A stretch of DNA of 63,455 bases, counting the filler, from Chiloscyllium plagiosum (Eukaryota), in NCBI RefSeq assembly GCF_004010195.1. It is 4 parts of one record of this genome, joined end to end, with 100 filler letters (N's around TTAATTAATTAA, not from the genome) between each part and the next. Parts side by side here need not be neighbours in the genome. Positions count along the whole stretch, not along the records: positions 1 to 21,507 come from NC_057711.1; positions 21,608 to 43,649 come from NC_057711.1; 2 more parts are not named here. One strand, given 5' to 3'. The position numbers and the translations under genes are program-made. Position 1 is the first letter of the stretch. Each line of letters begins with the position of its first letter. The notes below the pieces were generated by a model. The model did no database searches, was not told the DNA's origin, and worked only from the letters and a program-made list of their open reading frames with translations. Below are positions 13,357 through 26,369 of this stretch, in pieces.

Positions 13357-14990
13357 GGCAGTATGGTGGCTCAGTGGTTAGCACTGCTGTCTCATAGTGC
13401 CAGGGACCTGGGTTTGATTCCACCCTTCGGTGACTGTGGTGTTTGCACATTCTCCCATGTCTGCATGGGTTTCCCCTGGATTCTCCACCTTCCTCCCAAA
13501 GTTCGAAGATGTGCAGGCTAGGTAGATTTGCAATGCTGAATTGTACATGGATGTGCAGGGTGGATGGACTGACCATGCTGAATTGTCCATGGATGTTCAG
13601 GGTGGATGGACCAACCATGCTGAATTGTCCATGGATGTGCAGGGTGGATGGACTGACCATTCTGAATTGTCCATTGATGTGCAGGCTTGGTAGATTTGCA
13701 ATGCTGAATTGTCCATGGATGTGCAGGGTGGATGGACTGACCATGCTGAATTGTCCATGGATGTGTAGGGTGGATGGACTGACCATAATGAATTGTCCAT
13801 GGATGTGCAGGGTGGGTGGACTGACTATGATGAATTGTCCATGGATGTGCAGGGTGGATGGACTGACCGTGCTGAATTGTCCATGGATGTGCAGGGTGGA
13901 TGGACTGACCATGCTGAATTGTCCATGGATGTGTAGGGTGGATGGACTGACCATAATGAATTGTCCATGGATGTGCAGGGTGAGTGGACTGACCATGCTG
14001 AATTGTCCATGGATGTGCAGGGTGGGTGGACTGACCATGCTGAATGGTCCATGGATGTGCAGGGTGGGTGGACTGACCATTCTGAATTGTCCATTGATGT
14101 GCAGGGTGGGTGGACTGACAATGCTGAATTGTCCATGGATGTGCAGGGTGGATGGACTGACCATGCTGAATTGTCCATGGATGTGCAGGGTGGGTGGACT
14201 GACCATGATGAATTGTCCATGGATGTGCAGGGTGGATGGACTGACCATACTGAATTGTCCATGGATGTGCAGGGTGGATGGACTGACCATGCTGAATTGA
14301 CCATGGATGTGTAGGGTGGGTGGACGGACCATAATGAATTGTCCATGGATGTGCAGGGTGAGTGGACTGACCATGATGATTTGTCCATGGATGTGCAGGG
14401 TGGGTGGACTGACCATGCTGAATTGACCATGGATGTGCAGGGTGGGTGGACGGACCATAATGAATTGTCCATGGATGTGCAGGGTGAGTGGACTGACCAT
14501 GATGAATTGTCCATGGATGTGCAGGGTGGGTGGACTGACCATGCTGAATTGTCCATGGATGTGCAGGGTGGGTGGACGGACCATAATGAATTGTCCATGG
14601 ATGTGCAGGGTGGGTGGACTGACCATGATGAATTGTCCATGGATGTGCACGGTGGGAGGACGGACCATAATGAATTGTCCATGGATGTGCAGGGTGGGTG
14701 GACTGACCATGATGAATTGTCCATGGATGTGCAGGGTGGATGGACTGACCATGATGAATTGTCCGTGGATGTGTAGGGTGGTTGGACTGACCATGCTGAA
14801 TTGTCCATGGATGTGCAGGGTGGGTGGACTGACCATGCTGAATTGACCATGGATGTACAGGGTGGGTGGATTGGCCATGATAATGCAGCGTTACGGTGAT
14901 AGGGTCTGGGTGGGATGCTCTTTGGAGGGGTGGAGTGGACCTGATGGGCTGAATGGCCTGTTTCCACACTGTAGGGAATCCAAGATTCCA
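13357..14990 (+). mobile_element. tRNA-derived HE1-type SINE with internal tandem expansion
   Basis: A-box tggctcagtggttagc, B-box-like ggtttgattcc, and a CR1-related 3' tail (ggcctgtttccacactgtaggg). Confidence 0.88.
13508..14870. repeat. 42-bp minisatellite, about 32 copies
   Basis: Unit gatgtgcagggtggatggactgaccatgctgaattgtccatg; 14-aa periodicity in the ORFs. Confidence 0.97.
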
Positions 14991-15916
14991 AGTACTGCAT
15001 GACATTGCAAGTTCCCCAGTCATATTGAAGTGCTATTCAAAGTTTACAGCTAAAACTGTTTCATCAAAATCTTATTTTAAAGTAATTTATCAATGCAGTT
15101 TTAAAATCAGTTTGTCAAAATTTGCTTATGAAATTTTCCAATGAATGAATTAGATATGATTTGTGTGTATTTGGAACCAATTTCCAATATTTGGAGCTAC
15201 TGCCGACAATTAATTTTAGAAGGAAGGCACCTTCCTTTATAAAGCTTTTGTTCAGATCCTGTGTATGTTGAAAAAAATGCACATATTTATCTTGCTCAGT
15301 AATATAAAAGGCTCTAACTTCATAGCTCCGTGCAATCATGAGCATATTATAGCTGTCAAATTGTTGTATTGCATTGCTTTGATTTCATTACACTGGACGC
15401 TTTGTATTCCAAAGTGTGCCTCAAGTCTTTTGCACCTTGTGCAGAAACTTATTAATTACACCCAACTCAAGTTTCATTTGTTTTCTTTTTGCATCAGTGG
15501 GTTTCTGGTTCCCAAAATGAAGCTTGATTAATTTCACTGAGTTTATCTCAGTCCGATACACCAGAAATATCAGCATTGAATAAGTGTATTGTGCATGTAC
15601 TGCGCCACCCTAGCATTTACTTCTATCCACATTTGGGCACACAGTAATATTTAAAGATATTAACTAGAATAAAATTTGGTATCTTCCAACATATATGGGA
15701 CTATTTACAATTGGGTATTATATTATGTACAGATTCCTTGCCACGTTGCTTTCTTTATTGTTTCCTGGTCGGCATTACATAGTAATGGAATATGTTGTCC
15801 CATGGCCACAAACTTATCTGTCGTCTTCTGTGAGTGTCTGATTAATTTCATGAAATGTAAAAATGGAGTGGGGAATGTTTACTTCTGTGACTCTCACAGA
15901 ATCTAGCTCCATTAAT

Positions 15917-16912
15917 ATAGAGTCATAGAGATGTACAGCACGGAAACAGACCCTTCGGTCCAACTCGTCCATGCTGACCAGATGTCCCAACCTAATTTAG
16001 TCCCATCTGCCAGAACCTGGCACATATCCCTCCAAACCCTTGCTATTCCTATCCCTCCACCACTTCCTCTGGCAGCCCATTCCATACCCGTGCCATCCTC
16101 TGAGTGAAAATGTTGCCCCTTCGGTCTGTTTTATATCTTTCCCCTCTCACCCTAAACCTATGCCCTCTAGTTCTGGACTCCCCGACTCCAGACTTTGTCT
16201 ATTTATCCTATCCATGCCTCTCATCATTTTATAAATATCTATAAGGTCACCCCTCAGCCTCCGATGCTCCAGGGAAAACAGCCCCAGCCTGTTCAGCCTC
16301 TCCCTATAGCTCAAATCCTCCAATCCTGGCAACATCCTTCTAAATCTTTTCTGAACCCTTTCGAGTTTCACAACATCTTTCTGATATGAAGGAGACCAGA
16401 ACTGCACACAATATTCCAACAGTGGCCTAACCAACGTCCTATACAGCTGCAACATGACCTCCCAACTCCTGTACTCATTACTCTGGCTAACAAAGGAAAG
16501 CATACCAACTGTCTTCTTCACTATCCTATTTACCTGTGACTCCACACACAAGGAGCTAGGAACCTGCACCCCAAGATCTCTTTGTTCAGCCACTCACCCT
16601 AGGACCTTACCAGTAAGTGTATAAGTCCTTCTAAAGTTTGCTTTCCCAAAATACAGCACCTCACATTTATGTAAATTAAACTCCATCTGCCACTTCTCAG
16701 CCCATTGGCCCATCTGATCAAGATCCCATTGTAATCTGAGGTAACCTTCTTCGCTGTCCACTACACCTCCAATTCTGGTGTCATCAGCAAACCTACTAAC
16801 TATACCTCTTATGCTCACATCCAAATCATTTATATAAATGATGAAAAGTCATGGACCCAGCACCGATCCTTGTGGCACTCCACTGGTCACTGGCCTCCAG
16901 TCTGAAAAACAA
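15917..16912 (-). mobile_element. CR1/HER1 LINE, 5'-truncated (RT C-terminal half and 3' UTR)
   Basis: SRFADDTRIGG, LYRTLVRPLLEYCVQFWSP, RRLRGDLI; ctctatgact tail. Confidence 0.93.
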
Positions 16913-17027
16913 CTGAAGATCAACAGAGGAGAATGCACCTGCCCAGATGCCAAGACACAAACCGTGAATTTCTATAGGGTTTCCCCAATTGGATTGTCCT
17001 AACTTTATAAGGAATGTTACAGAAATA

Positions 17028-17187
17028 GTTAAAATTCACACAGCACCAGGTCATAGTCCAGCAGGTTTATTTGGACGCACAAGCTCTCAGAGTGCCGCTG
17101 GCACTTCCAAATAAACCTGTTGGACTATAACCTGGTGCTGTGTGATTTTTAACTTTGTCCACCCCAGTCCAACACCGGCATCTCCAA
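17028..17187. mobile_element. Short palindromic insert with 12-bp TSD
   Basis: GTTACAGAAATA at 17016-17027 and 17188-17199; inverted arms gttaaaattcacacagcaccagg / cctggtgctgtgtgatttttaac. Confidence 0.75.
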
Positions 17188-19968
17188 GTTACAGAAATAA
17201 ATAGAGAGGAGATATTTTCCTCTATTTCTGAGATTTCCATAGCTCTTTTAGTAGTTACAGAGGAATAGGAGAAATATGATCTATCTGTTTACTTTGCCTG
17301 GTTCTATTCAAATCTCGACATCCCTTACCCAATATATTTGCTCATATTTGTACATTTCAACTGTTCTACAATACATAGATGAGACAATTTGAAGTTTCCA
17401 GTATCCTTGTTGTTCCCTGATTTCTGACCAAGATGGGCACCTAAATAGTTAAGGTTATGCCACTTTGTTCTTATTCCTCCAACCAAAAGGAAGTAGATCC
17501 CCCTTATTGTTGTAACCATTGTTCTGATCAGCTTTATTTTCTGATCACCATCTCCGGCAAGGCCAGTTGCTCATCCCTAATTGCCTCCTTGCCTTTTCCA
17601 AAGTGGTGAACCACATTAATGTGGATCAGGAGTCACATGTATGCCAGATTTCCTTCCTTAAAGGGCACTCGTGAAGCAGATGGGCTTTTACAGTAATTGA
17701 TGTGAATTTCACAAATGCCATAACTGAGACCAGCTTCCAATTCCTGATTATTTATTGAATTTAATTTCCATCAGCTGTAATGATGGAGTGAACCTCTGGG
17801 CTCTGGATTACCAAACCAATAGAATTTGTCACTATTGACTGCATCTCCACCACCTGGCATGAACTAATGGAAATGGAAACAAACTTGTCCTCTTCATTGA
17901 TGATGTTCTGATGCTAGTAAGTGCAGGCTGGTTAAGCACATTCAGCAAGCTGCCTGCTGCATGTTGACATTATGTGTGATTCTGCTATTGGACAACATGT
18001 AGTAATTAGTCTGTATTGCTCTACGAATTATATCAGAAACCAAATTAAGATTATCTACTGGGCTCATAGCGTGATGCAACTGTGCAGACTGAACACTGCA
18101 TATTAACACACAGGGTCCTGTTTTATGTAGGCAAAAGGAATTCGTACACATTTCATCTTTTTCATTGGTAATAAATAGGGTCATGGAGGCTGCTAATCTC
18201 TGTTGTATTCCCATGGTAACATCCTGACAAATCCCTGCTTGGGACTAATAGTTAACTGTGCCTATTATCCCTTCATGCCAATAATGAACTAACCAATCAG
18301 ACCCCTCTTCTCATGCTGTATAAATTGTTGTCTCTTTTTCAAAAATGTTCCTGGCCTCCTAATCCTGATGAATGCAAGATGTATCTCTTCTTTTAGCAAA
18401 TGGCATTGCATTATTAAAGACAGCTGGGAGAGAGAGAAACCATAAAATTTCAGACCTATTAAATATAATTTGGAGCAACATTACTAGTATCGATTGAGGT
18501 AGAGTGAGCAAGCAATTGGAAAAGTATGAACTGGTCAAAACTATTTCTGCATGGATTTGTGAACACAGATCATGGAATAGTACAGCACAGAAACAGGCCT
18601 TTTGACCCAGCAGGTCAGTGCCAACCATGATGCCATTCTAAACTAATCCAATCTGCGTGCCTGTGTGCAAATGCCTCTTCAACGTGTGACTAATTTAGTT
18701 TTTTTTCTGAGGAAGTTGTTCAACATGTTGGACAGGGGATTTTCTATGGGTATGGATTGCAAAAAGACATGTTACATTACATCCCACTATATATCATTTA
18801 CAAAGAAGAATTCACATGGAATTTAATATAACCTGGAGCATTGTCATTGGTTACAAAGCAAGAGACAGGGATTTGTAAAAAGGGGAATGTAAGGGAACCA
18901 TGAAACTACTGTACTGTTTAATGTCTCATCTGGTTCACAGTTATCCTTTTAGGGAGGGAAATATATTTTCCTTACCTGGTTTGATCTGCATGTGACTTCA
19001 GGCCTGCAGCAATGTGGTTGACTCTAATCTGTGCTCTAAATTGGTCTAGCAAACAATTTAGTTATCTCATAATGCTACAGAAAAAATTGATACCTATAAA
19101 ACTGTTAGATGACTAAACATCAAACAAAGTACTTACTGATTCTGCAATGTGCCCCTCACTAACATTTGGAAACTGGAGCAAATATTGGTAGAACTGTCCC
19201 ACAGATCCATTCAAGCCTGATATCATCAGAAACATACCTTATAGCCAATGCTCCAATCCTCCATAACTATCCTGGGTATGTCCTGTCCTATCAGCTTCAA
19301 ACCACCAGATGTGACAATACAAGAGGTTTACAGGTGGAGGCAAATGTTCCTTAAAGTCCTCCATAATGACCTACATTAAATCTCATAACATTAGCTCAAT
19401 CATGGGCAAGAAAATCATGTACTGATTGCCACTACTACACCACCTCAGCTGATAAATGAAATCCTCTATATTGAATATCACTTGGAAGAAGTACAAACTC
19501 CAGTAATATATTCCAAGTGGGATTTTTCACTGTAACTATCCCCAGCCAAATGTGCTGAAAGGGTGATCTATTCTTGGTCTCCTTCAACTTGGATGTCAGT
19601 CTTCATTTTACAGGATTCATTCCTCAGTATATCATAACATTGAATGCATTGGGCACAGCAAATGTGAGATACATGGTTGTAGAACTGAAGACGTTTGCTA
19701 TGGAACCAGCTGCATAGCCAGTTTCAGTACAGGTATAACACTGGGATTTCTCCCAAGAACTTGGAAAATGTCTTAATTATGTCCTGTTCACAAAAAGCAG
19801 GACAAATCCAATCCAGCCAAATAGTCCTATTATTCTGCTCAATCATCAGAAAAGTTATAGAGGGTGTTACTAGTATTGCTTTAAAATACCATTTATCTAA
19901 CAATGGCTTGTTAACTTATGCTCAGGTTGTGTTACATAAGGGTTACTCAGCTCCAGACCTCATTATAA

Positions 19969-20805
19969 TGTAATGCCCAAAGGGCAAACAGAGAGAGACA
20001 GCCTATCTATTTTATTTTTGGAACTATGCTGTCTTGTTTAAATTCTTTTCACAAATTGACTCTTTCAAAAGTGACCTGTGTTCAAAATGGCTGCAACTGA
20101 ACATAATCAAGTTAACTGTTCCCAGAAATTCATAGCAATTACCAGAATAACAGCAGACTCATCACCTCTGGAATTTTGCATTGTATGAACGTGCCAGCCA
20201 AGCCAACACAAAAGATTGGAATACAAAATGCTTACCTCAACTAGTTCTAAACAAAGCAGTTGATCTAAATTCATTATTGTATTTTTAAGAAGCCAAAGAA
20301 CTTCAGATACTGGAAATCTTAAATTCCAAATTTACGATGAAGATATCTCCACAAGCAATGCAATTGCATCTGAGTTTCTACGGAATGGACTCCTCTGCAC
20401 AGCCAACTGAAAGAACCTCAACTAAATATTGTCTCAACTGGACTCTCTAATGTATGTGAATTAATTGTGATGTCTTTGATTTTAAATTATGTGATATCTG
20501 TTACCTTTATCCATTCCCTTTTCTTTCTTGGATGCATGTGTACGTGAATGTGCATTACAAACCATTTCACTGGGGTTTGAATGCAATAGCTGAAAATGTG
20601 TTGCTGGAAAAGCACAGCAGGTCAGGCAGCATCCAAGGAGCAGGAGAATCGACGTTTCGGGCATGAGCCCTTCTTCAGGAATGCAATAGTAAATTTTACT
20701 TTGTTTTACCCCAATTTTGAAATTTGAAAAAGATGTCGAGTCCTTCTTCACTATTTTCGAAAAGGTTGGACAATTACAATGGTTAAAAGAAATGTTGACA
20801 CTTCT
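19969..20805 (+). mobile_element. Degenerate Gypsy-type LTR retrotransposon remnant (LTR-like region plus gag fragment)
   Basis: Begins TGTAATG. 20717-20805 translates KFEKDVESFFTIFEKVGQLQWLKEMLTLL, resembling Gmr1-like Gypsy gag. Confidence 0.45.
20590..20678 (-). mobile_element. 89-bp Penelope-related insert with 11-bp TSD
   Basis: GAATGCAATAG at 20579-20589 and 20679-20689; carries ctgaagaagggctcatgcccgaaacgtc on the minus strand. Confidence 0.75.
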
Positions 20806-21040
20806 GACACCAATCTCTGTGGTACTCCATTGTTACATCTTGAAAAAGATCTATTTACACCACCCTCTTCTACTTGTTAGCTGGCAAGTCTTCTATCTAT
20901 ACTGATATGCAACATCCTACACAATCAGCTTTAATTTTTCACAACTTTTGACATGGCACCTTATCAAATGCCTTATGGAAATCTCTGTACAATATATAAT
21001 GTCCTTCAGTTCCTCTTCACTCGCAGCATGTGTTACCTCT

Positions 21041-21977
21041 TCAAAGAAGTCGTCTCTGATCGTGTTTTCAGGGTCCTTAAGGGGGAGGGGGAACAGCCCA
21101 AAGTCATGGTCCACATTGGCACCAACGACATAGGTAGGAGGAGGGCTGAGGATGTTAGGCAGGCTTTCAGGGAGCTAGGCTGGAAGCTCAGAGTTAGAAC
21201 AAACAGAGTTGTTATCTCTGGTTTGTTACCCGTGCCACGTGATAGAGAGTCGAGGAATAGGGAGAGAGAACAGTTAAATGCGTGGCTATAGGGATGGTGC
21301 AGGAGGGAGGGATTCCGGTATCTGGATAACTGGGGTTCTTTCTGGGGAAGGTGGGACCTCTATAAACAGGATGGTCTACACCTGAACCTGAGGGGCACCA
21401 GTACCCTTGGTGGGAGGTTTGCTAGTGCTCTTGGGGGGGGGTTTAAACTAACTCTGCAGGGGCATGGGAACCCAGACTGTAGCTTTAGGGTGCAGAACCT
21501 GGAGTGTNNNNNNNNNNNNNNNNNNNNNNNNNNNNNNNNNNNNNNNNNNNNTTAATTAATTAANNNNNNNNNNNNNNNNNNNNNNNNNNNNNNNNNNNNN
21601 NNNNNNNTTATAGAGGTTTACAAAATTATGAGGGGCATGAATAGGATAAATAGACAAAGTCTTTTTCCTGGGGTCGGGGAGTCCAGAACTAGAGGGCATA
21701 GGTTTAGGGTGAGAGGGGAAAGATATAAAAGAGATCTAAGGGGCCACTTTTTCACACAGAGGGTGGTACGTGTATGGAACGAGTTGCCAGAGGAAGTGGT
21801 GGAGGCTAGTACCATTGCAACATTTAAAAGGCATTTGGATGGGAATATGAATAGGAAGGGTTTGGAGGGATATGGGCCAGGTGCTGGCAGGTGGGACTAG
21901 ATTGGGTTGGGATATCTGTTCGGTATGGATGGGTTGGACTGAAGGGTCTGTTTCCATGCTGTACATCTCTATGACTG
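21041..21977 (+). mobile_element. CR1/HER1 LINE spanning a gap (ORF1 SGNH-esterase fragment and 3' end)
   Basis: VHIGTNDIG...VVISGLLPVP...DGLHLN before the gap; RTRGHRFRVRGERYKRDLRGHFFTQRVV after it. Confidence 0.9.
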
Positions 21978-22357
21978 TAAGAGCTAGCGATATATTTGAA
22001 GATACAAGCTAAGCAAAACTAGAGCAATTCAAGCAACAGAATAAGTGGGGACATTACCCTTAACTTCAATAGTTAAATTCAAAGATAAATGACTAGGTAT
22101 GAACATTATTTATAGCATGGAGCAGGTGGTAGCAATTGAGAGAAAAAGCATGGCTGGAAACATTTTAAAAGCTTTATATAGCCCTTATCTAATTAAAAAT
22201 TAGATAAATATTAGCCATAACCAACTAAAAATGCTGAGAATAGTTACAAAGATTTCAATGCAAGGTGGATTAATCCTTTTGAGCTGCTTATGCAATGACA
22301 TATTACAGCATCTCAAAGACATTACCATGACTGTGAAGGTAGCTTCCCTTAGACTTC

Positions 22358-22745
22358 TAGAATCATATAGTATGGAAACAGATCTTTCAATCCAACTCGT
22401 CCACACCAACCAAATATCCTAAATTGACCAATTGCCAGCATTTGACCCATATTGGTCTAAACCTATCCTATACACATACCCATCCTAATAAAATGTTGTA
22501 ATTGGATCAGCCTCCACCGCCACCACCTCTGACAGCTTGTTCTATACAAGCACCACCCTCTGCGTGAAAAAGCTGTCCCTTGGGTACCTTTTAAATCTTT
22601 CCCCTCTCATTTTAAACCTATACCCTCTAGATTTGGACTCCCTTACCATGGAAAAAGAGCCCTTGACTATTCACCTTATCCACGCCCCTCTCAATTTTAT
22701 AAACTACCATAAGGTCACCAGTTATCCTTCAATACTCCAAGAAAA
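22358..22745 (-). mobile_element. CR1 3' fragment
   Basis: Similar to the other CR1 3' ends in the window. Confidence 0.8.
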
Positions 22746-24353
22746 TTAAGCTCCACATAGCCTAGGAAAGAAGTTGTGGTTTTATTCCAGAACGCATCAA
22801 AGGCTACCTTTGGACTCTTGAAACTGCAGATTCTGCATCTGCAAATTCCTTTCCTGCTAAAATTAGATCCCTCACAATCATGGTTTAAGTAACTAATGAG
22901 CTGTAATGTGAAACTGTGTAAGTGACATAACATTTCTCATGATTAATCTATACTGACAGATACAGTGGTGGTGGCACAGTGATAATATCACTGAACTAGC
23001 AATTCAGAGGCCCAGGCTAATGCTCTCATAGGTTAAAACCTCATCACAACAGCTGTTGAAATTTAAATTCAATTAAGAAACCTGGAATTGAAGCTAATCT
23101 CCCTAATGATGGTCATCAGGAAAACCCTTGGGAAAAATCCACTGTCCTTGCCCAGACACACAGCCATGTGAATGTCTCTTAACTGCCTCTAACAAGGCAT
23201 TCAGTTTGGGATGGGTCATTGATGTCTCCAAGAAAGAATAAAGAAACCAAACACAACCAGCATCCTCATGCCTCTTGATTGCATAGAGGAACATTGCTAC
23301 AGCTAGGTGCATTTCATTTATTTTCATAGCAGAGAGCAAAGTAATACAACAGGAGAGCACATAGTAAAAAAAGACATTGTCCAAAATACTAACTTGATTA
23401 AATGGTGCATGTCAAAAAAAGATTGATTACAAAGCACGTTGCTGACCCCTCTCCCAATGCTTCAATATCTCATTTCAGAAAATGCATACTCAGACTACTT
23501 TCAAGCAGGTCACTATATTGTTATGAGATACGTTTAACTTTAATTTTTATTTTTCTTATCCATAGGAGTGCAGAAGGCAGCTTCTCTATTGCTACCGCAG
23601 CTCAGGTTAGTAAACTCCACACAGACGGCAAATTACCGACGTGGCTGGAAAATTGGTCAAGTAGCACATTTCATCCCGGCTGAAAAAGCTAGGAGATACG
23701 AATAACAACGTTAGACTGCCCTGTATTAGTAAAAGCCTGCACTTAATTTTTTATTTGTATACTGAGAAGTTTCTTTTCAGAAATAAAAAAAAGTAGCATG
23801 GAATCAACATAACAAGCCACACTTTGTGATGGAATCAGCACTGTGGCTCAACAAAGCATCATACAAGCTACCTATGAATCAATACTCTTTCCAAAAGGCC
23901 TGATAAATTGTATCTTGGTTACAGATTTCCACCATAACTACAAATACATCCAGGTTTGCAACATGAGTTAATCAACTCCTCTGGAATATTAGTATTGCTT
24001 TGAGGCAGGTAAAACTTTGTAATTTAAAATATTGAGCAATATGCATATTGCTGACAAAATGTCTTTTTTTACAAAGCCTTTTTCAGTAATACTCAAATTC
24101 AGTATTAAGAAATGAAAACATGTAAAGCGGTAAATTTTTGTTAATTTTCTCCCTGACCTATTCAAGATGATGGTCTTGATTTTATGATACGAATAGTAGT
24201 GGGACTGTCAGAATTCAACATGAAATAATAACTCAGATGGTGTCTGGCAATGTGCAATTAAACATGGGAATCCGGAGGTTGCTGGCTAAGTTTAACAATA
24301 TGCTATCAAGAGACTTGGCATTGAAAAAAAATGCAAGAGTATGAAGTTGTATT

Positions 24354-24868
24354 CAAAAACGTTGGTGCTGAAAAAGTACAGCAGGTCTGGCAGGAGAGTA
24401 GGTGGCACAGTGGCTCAGTGGTTAGCACTGCTGCCTCACAGCACCAGGGACCCGGGTTCAATTCCCGTCTTGGGCAACTGTCTGTGTGGAGTTTGCAGAT
24501 TCTCCCTGTGTCTGCGTGGGCTTCCTTCGGGTTCTCCGGTTTCCTCCCACAGTCTAAAGATGTGCAGGTTAGGTGAATTGGCTATGCCAAATTGCCCGTA
24601 GTGTTAGGTGCATTAGTCAGGGGTAAATGTAGGGGAATAAGTCAGGGTGGGTTGCTCTTTGGGGGGTTGGTGTGGACTTGTTGGGCTGAAGTGCCCGTTT
24701 CCAAACTGTGGGTAAATGTAATCATTTCGGGCATAAGCCCTTCATCAGGAATGTTATGCTTGAAACGTCAACTCTCCTGCTCCTCAGATGCTGCCTGACC
24801 TGCAGTGCTTTTCCAGCAACACCCTTTTCGATTCGGACTCTCCAGCATCGGCAGTCCTCACTTTCTCC
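24354..24868. mobile_element. Palindromic Penelope-related insert with a nested HE1-type SINE (24400-24720, +)
   Basis: 14-bp TSD TATGAAGTTGTATT (24340-24353, 24869-24882); SINE A and B boxes inside. Confidence 0.8.
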
Positions 24869-26207
24869 TATGAAGTTGTATTACTTATCAACTAGGTATT
24901 CATTAAGATGCCAGGACAAGTTAGGGTGCTCACTTTCAAGTCTAAATTAATTCTTAAAATAGTGTGACAACTCATTTACAGCCAAACCACTTTTCTGCCA
25001 CTGAAAAATGCTTAATTTTTTCCTTACTTGCCTGTTCCTGTATTTCTGTCCCTTTGAAACCTGATTTTGTTATGAATTAAATATTCTAATTTACATTTCT
25101 TGGTTTTGGCTTTGCCTGCATCAAGAGTGATTCATCAATCTGATTAATTGAAGAGACATTCTGTAGCTTAGCCTCTTTATACAAGCCTCAGAGTCCCTAT
25201 AGGGTCAGGCAGCTGATGACGGTAACTTTCCATTAAAATGATGGGGAAATATGTGAGAGCTACTTTCCCATAATGGTACATTCCATTCTTTCAGCAATGG
25301 CTAGGTCCTTCTTTGACTGTTGGCCTGCAGTTCCATGGCTAAACATTTCCTATATTAGATAAAAGTGACTATACATCAAATAAGATCTGCTGCAAAGCAC
25401 TTTGGAAAAGTCTGGAGGTCTTTACAATGGTACTATTAAGATGCAAACTGTTCTTTCTCCATTAATTTAATCCACAGTTCAGTTACTCATGTATGATCCT
25501 AAGACAGGGTATTAGTAAGCTATTCTATTGTGGCTGAATGGAAGTTTGTTCATCACCATTTCAGTACTATAAAACTAATTAAACTTTATCTAGCGTTGCT
25601 GCAATTTAAGTACAGTCCAGATTTTTGTGGTCTGCAAGAAATAAAGTTGCTTGTAATATTTTTAATACTGCATCATGTGCAAAAGATGTGTGGAGTACTT
25701 AGCATAAATGTGATAACTATTTTGCTTCGTGAAAGATTCCAGTGAAATGAATGAATAATTAGATGCTTTTTGATGGACATTGTCAAGATAGAAGAATTTT
25801 CTACTCCTCTGAGCAAATTCAGCACTTTTTTTTTTTTACATCAACTTACATTTTTTACATGAGGTACACCTCAACTCCAGGGGAACCTCACAAGAATGTA
25901 AGCCATTGGATACTGCAGCATCAGATGAGATGATACACATATTGCACATTGGGAAACTGACCAAAACGACGATGATGCTGCAAGCAAAATCAAGCTGATG
26001 CATCAGGGACCTTGATTGCTCCTTTGTAAGCAAGGGTCTTAACTTTAATGCCAACCCGTGCACCTACACACCCCAGATTCCACATTCTTGGAAAAAAATG
26101 CGAGACTGATTTCTCATTCAAAAGGAAACACTTTGCAAACGTTGATGATCACTTCCATCACAAATTCTATTTCACATGATTAAACAGAGTACTTGGATTA
26201 TGCTTAC

Positions 26208-26307
26208 CGTTTGGCTTCCTCTAGGTGGCATAGATACTCATAGGCAATGTTCTGATGTCTCCTTTCATCCATTTCCTCCGCAGAGAGTCTTTCATCATCC
26301 ACAATAG
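26208..26307 (-). CDS. IQGAP2: IQGAP2 internal coding exon (exon 2 equivalent), N-terminal to the calponin-homology domain
   Basis: Minus strand reads tttctcttttgtag|CT ATT GTG GAT GAT GAA...GCC AAA CG|gtaagc = xIVDDERLSAEEMDERRHQNIAYEYLCHLEEAKR. Near-identical to the IQGAP2 N-terminus as I recall it (SIVDDERLSAEEMDERRRQNIAYEYLCHLEEAKR; IQGAP1 has VLDNERLTAEE). Canonical AG/GT splice sites with polypyrimidine tract. Too short for the ORF track. Confidence 0.93.
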
Positions 26308-26369
26308 CTACAAAAGAGAAACACACGTGGTTATTATGTAACTGAAAGAAGAATTACCAATAATACAAG

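Noticed and set aside
13508..14870. CRISPR-like regular array
   Set aside because: Units are contiguous with no unique spacers, there are no cas genes, and the context is eukaryotic.
13343..15023. ORFs of 391-511 aa with His/Pro-rich repeats
   Set aside because: Produced by a 42-bp tandem repeat inside a SINE; open in several frames on both strands.
21552..21563. TTAATTAATTAA island inside N-runs (also 43694-43705 and 58671-58682)
   Set aside because: Identical in three gaps and has stops in all six frames: a scaffolding linker, not biological sequence.
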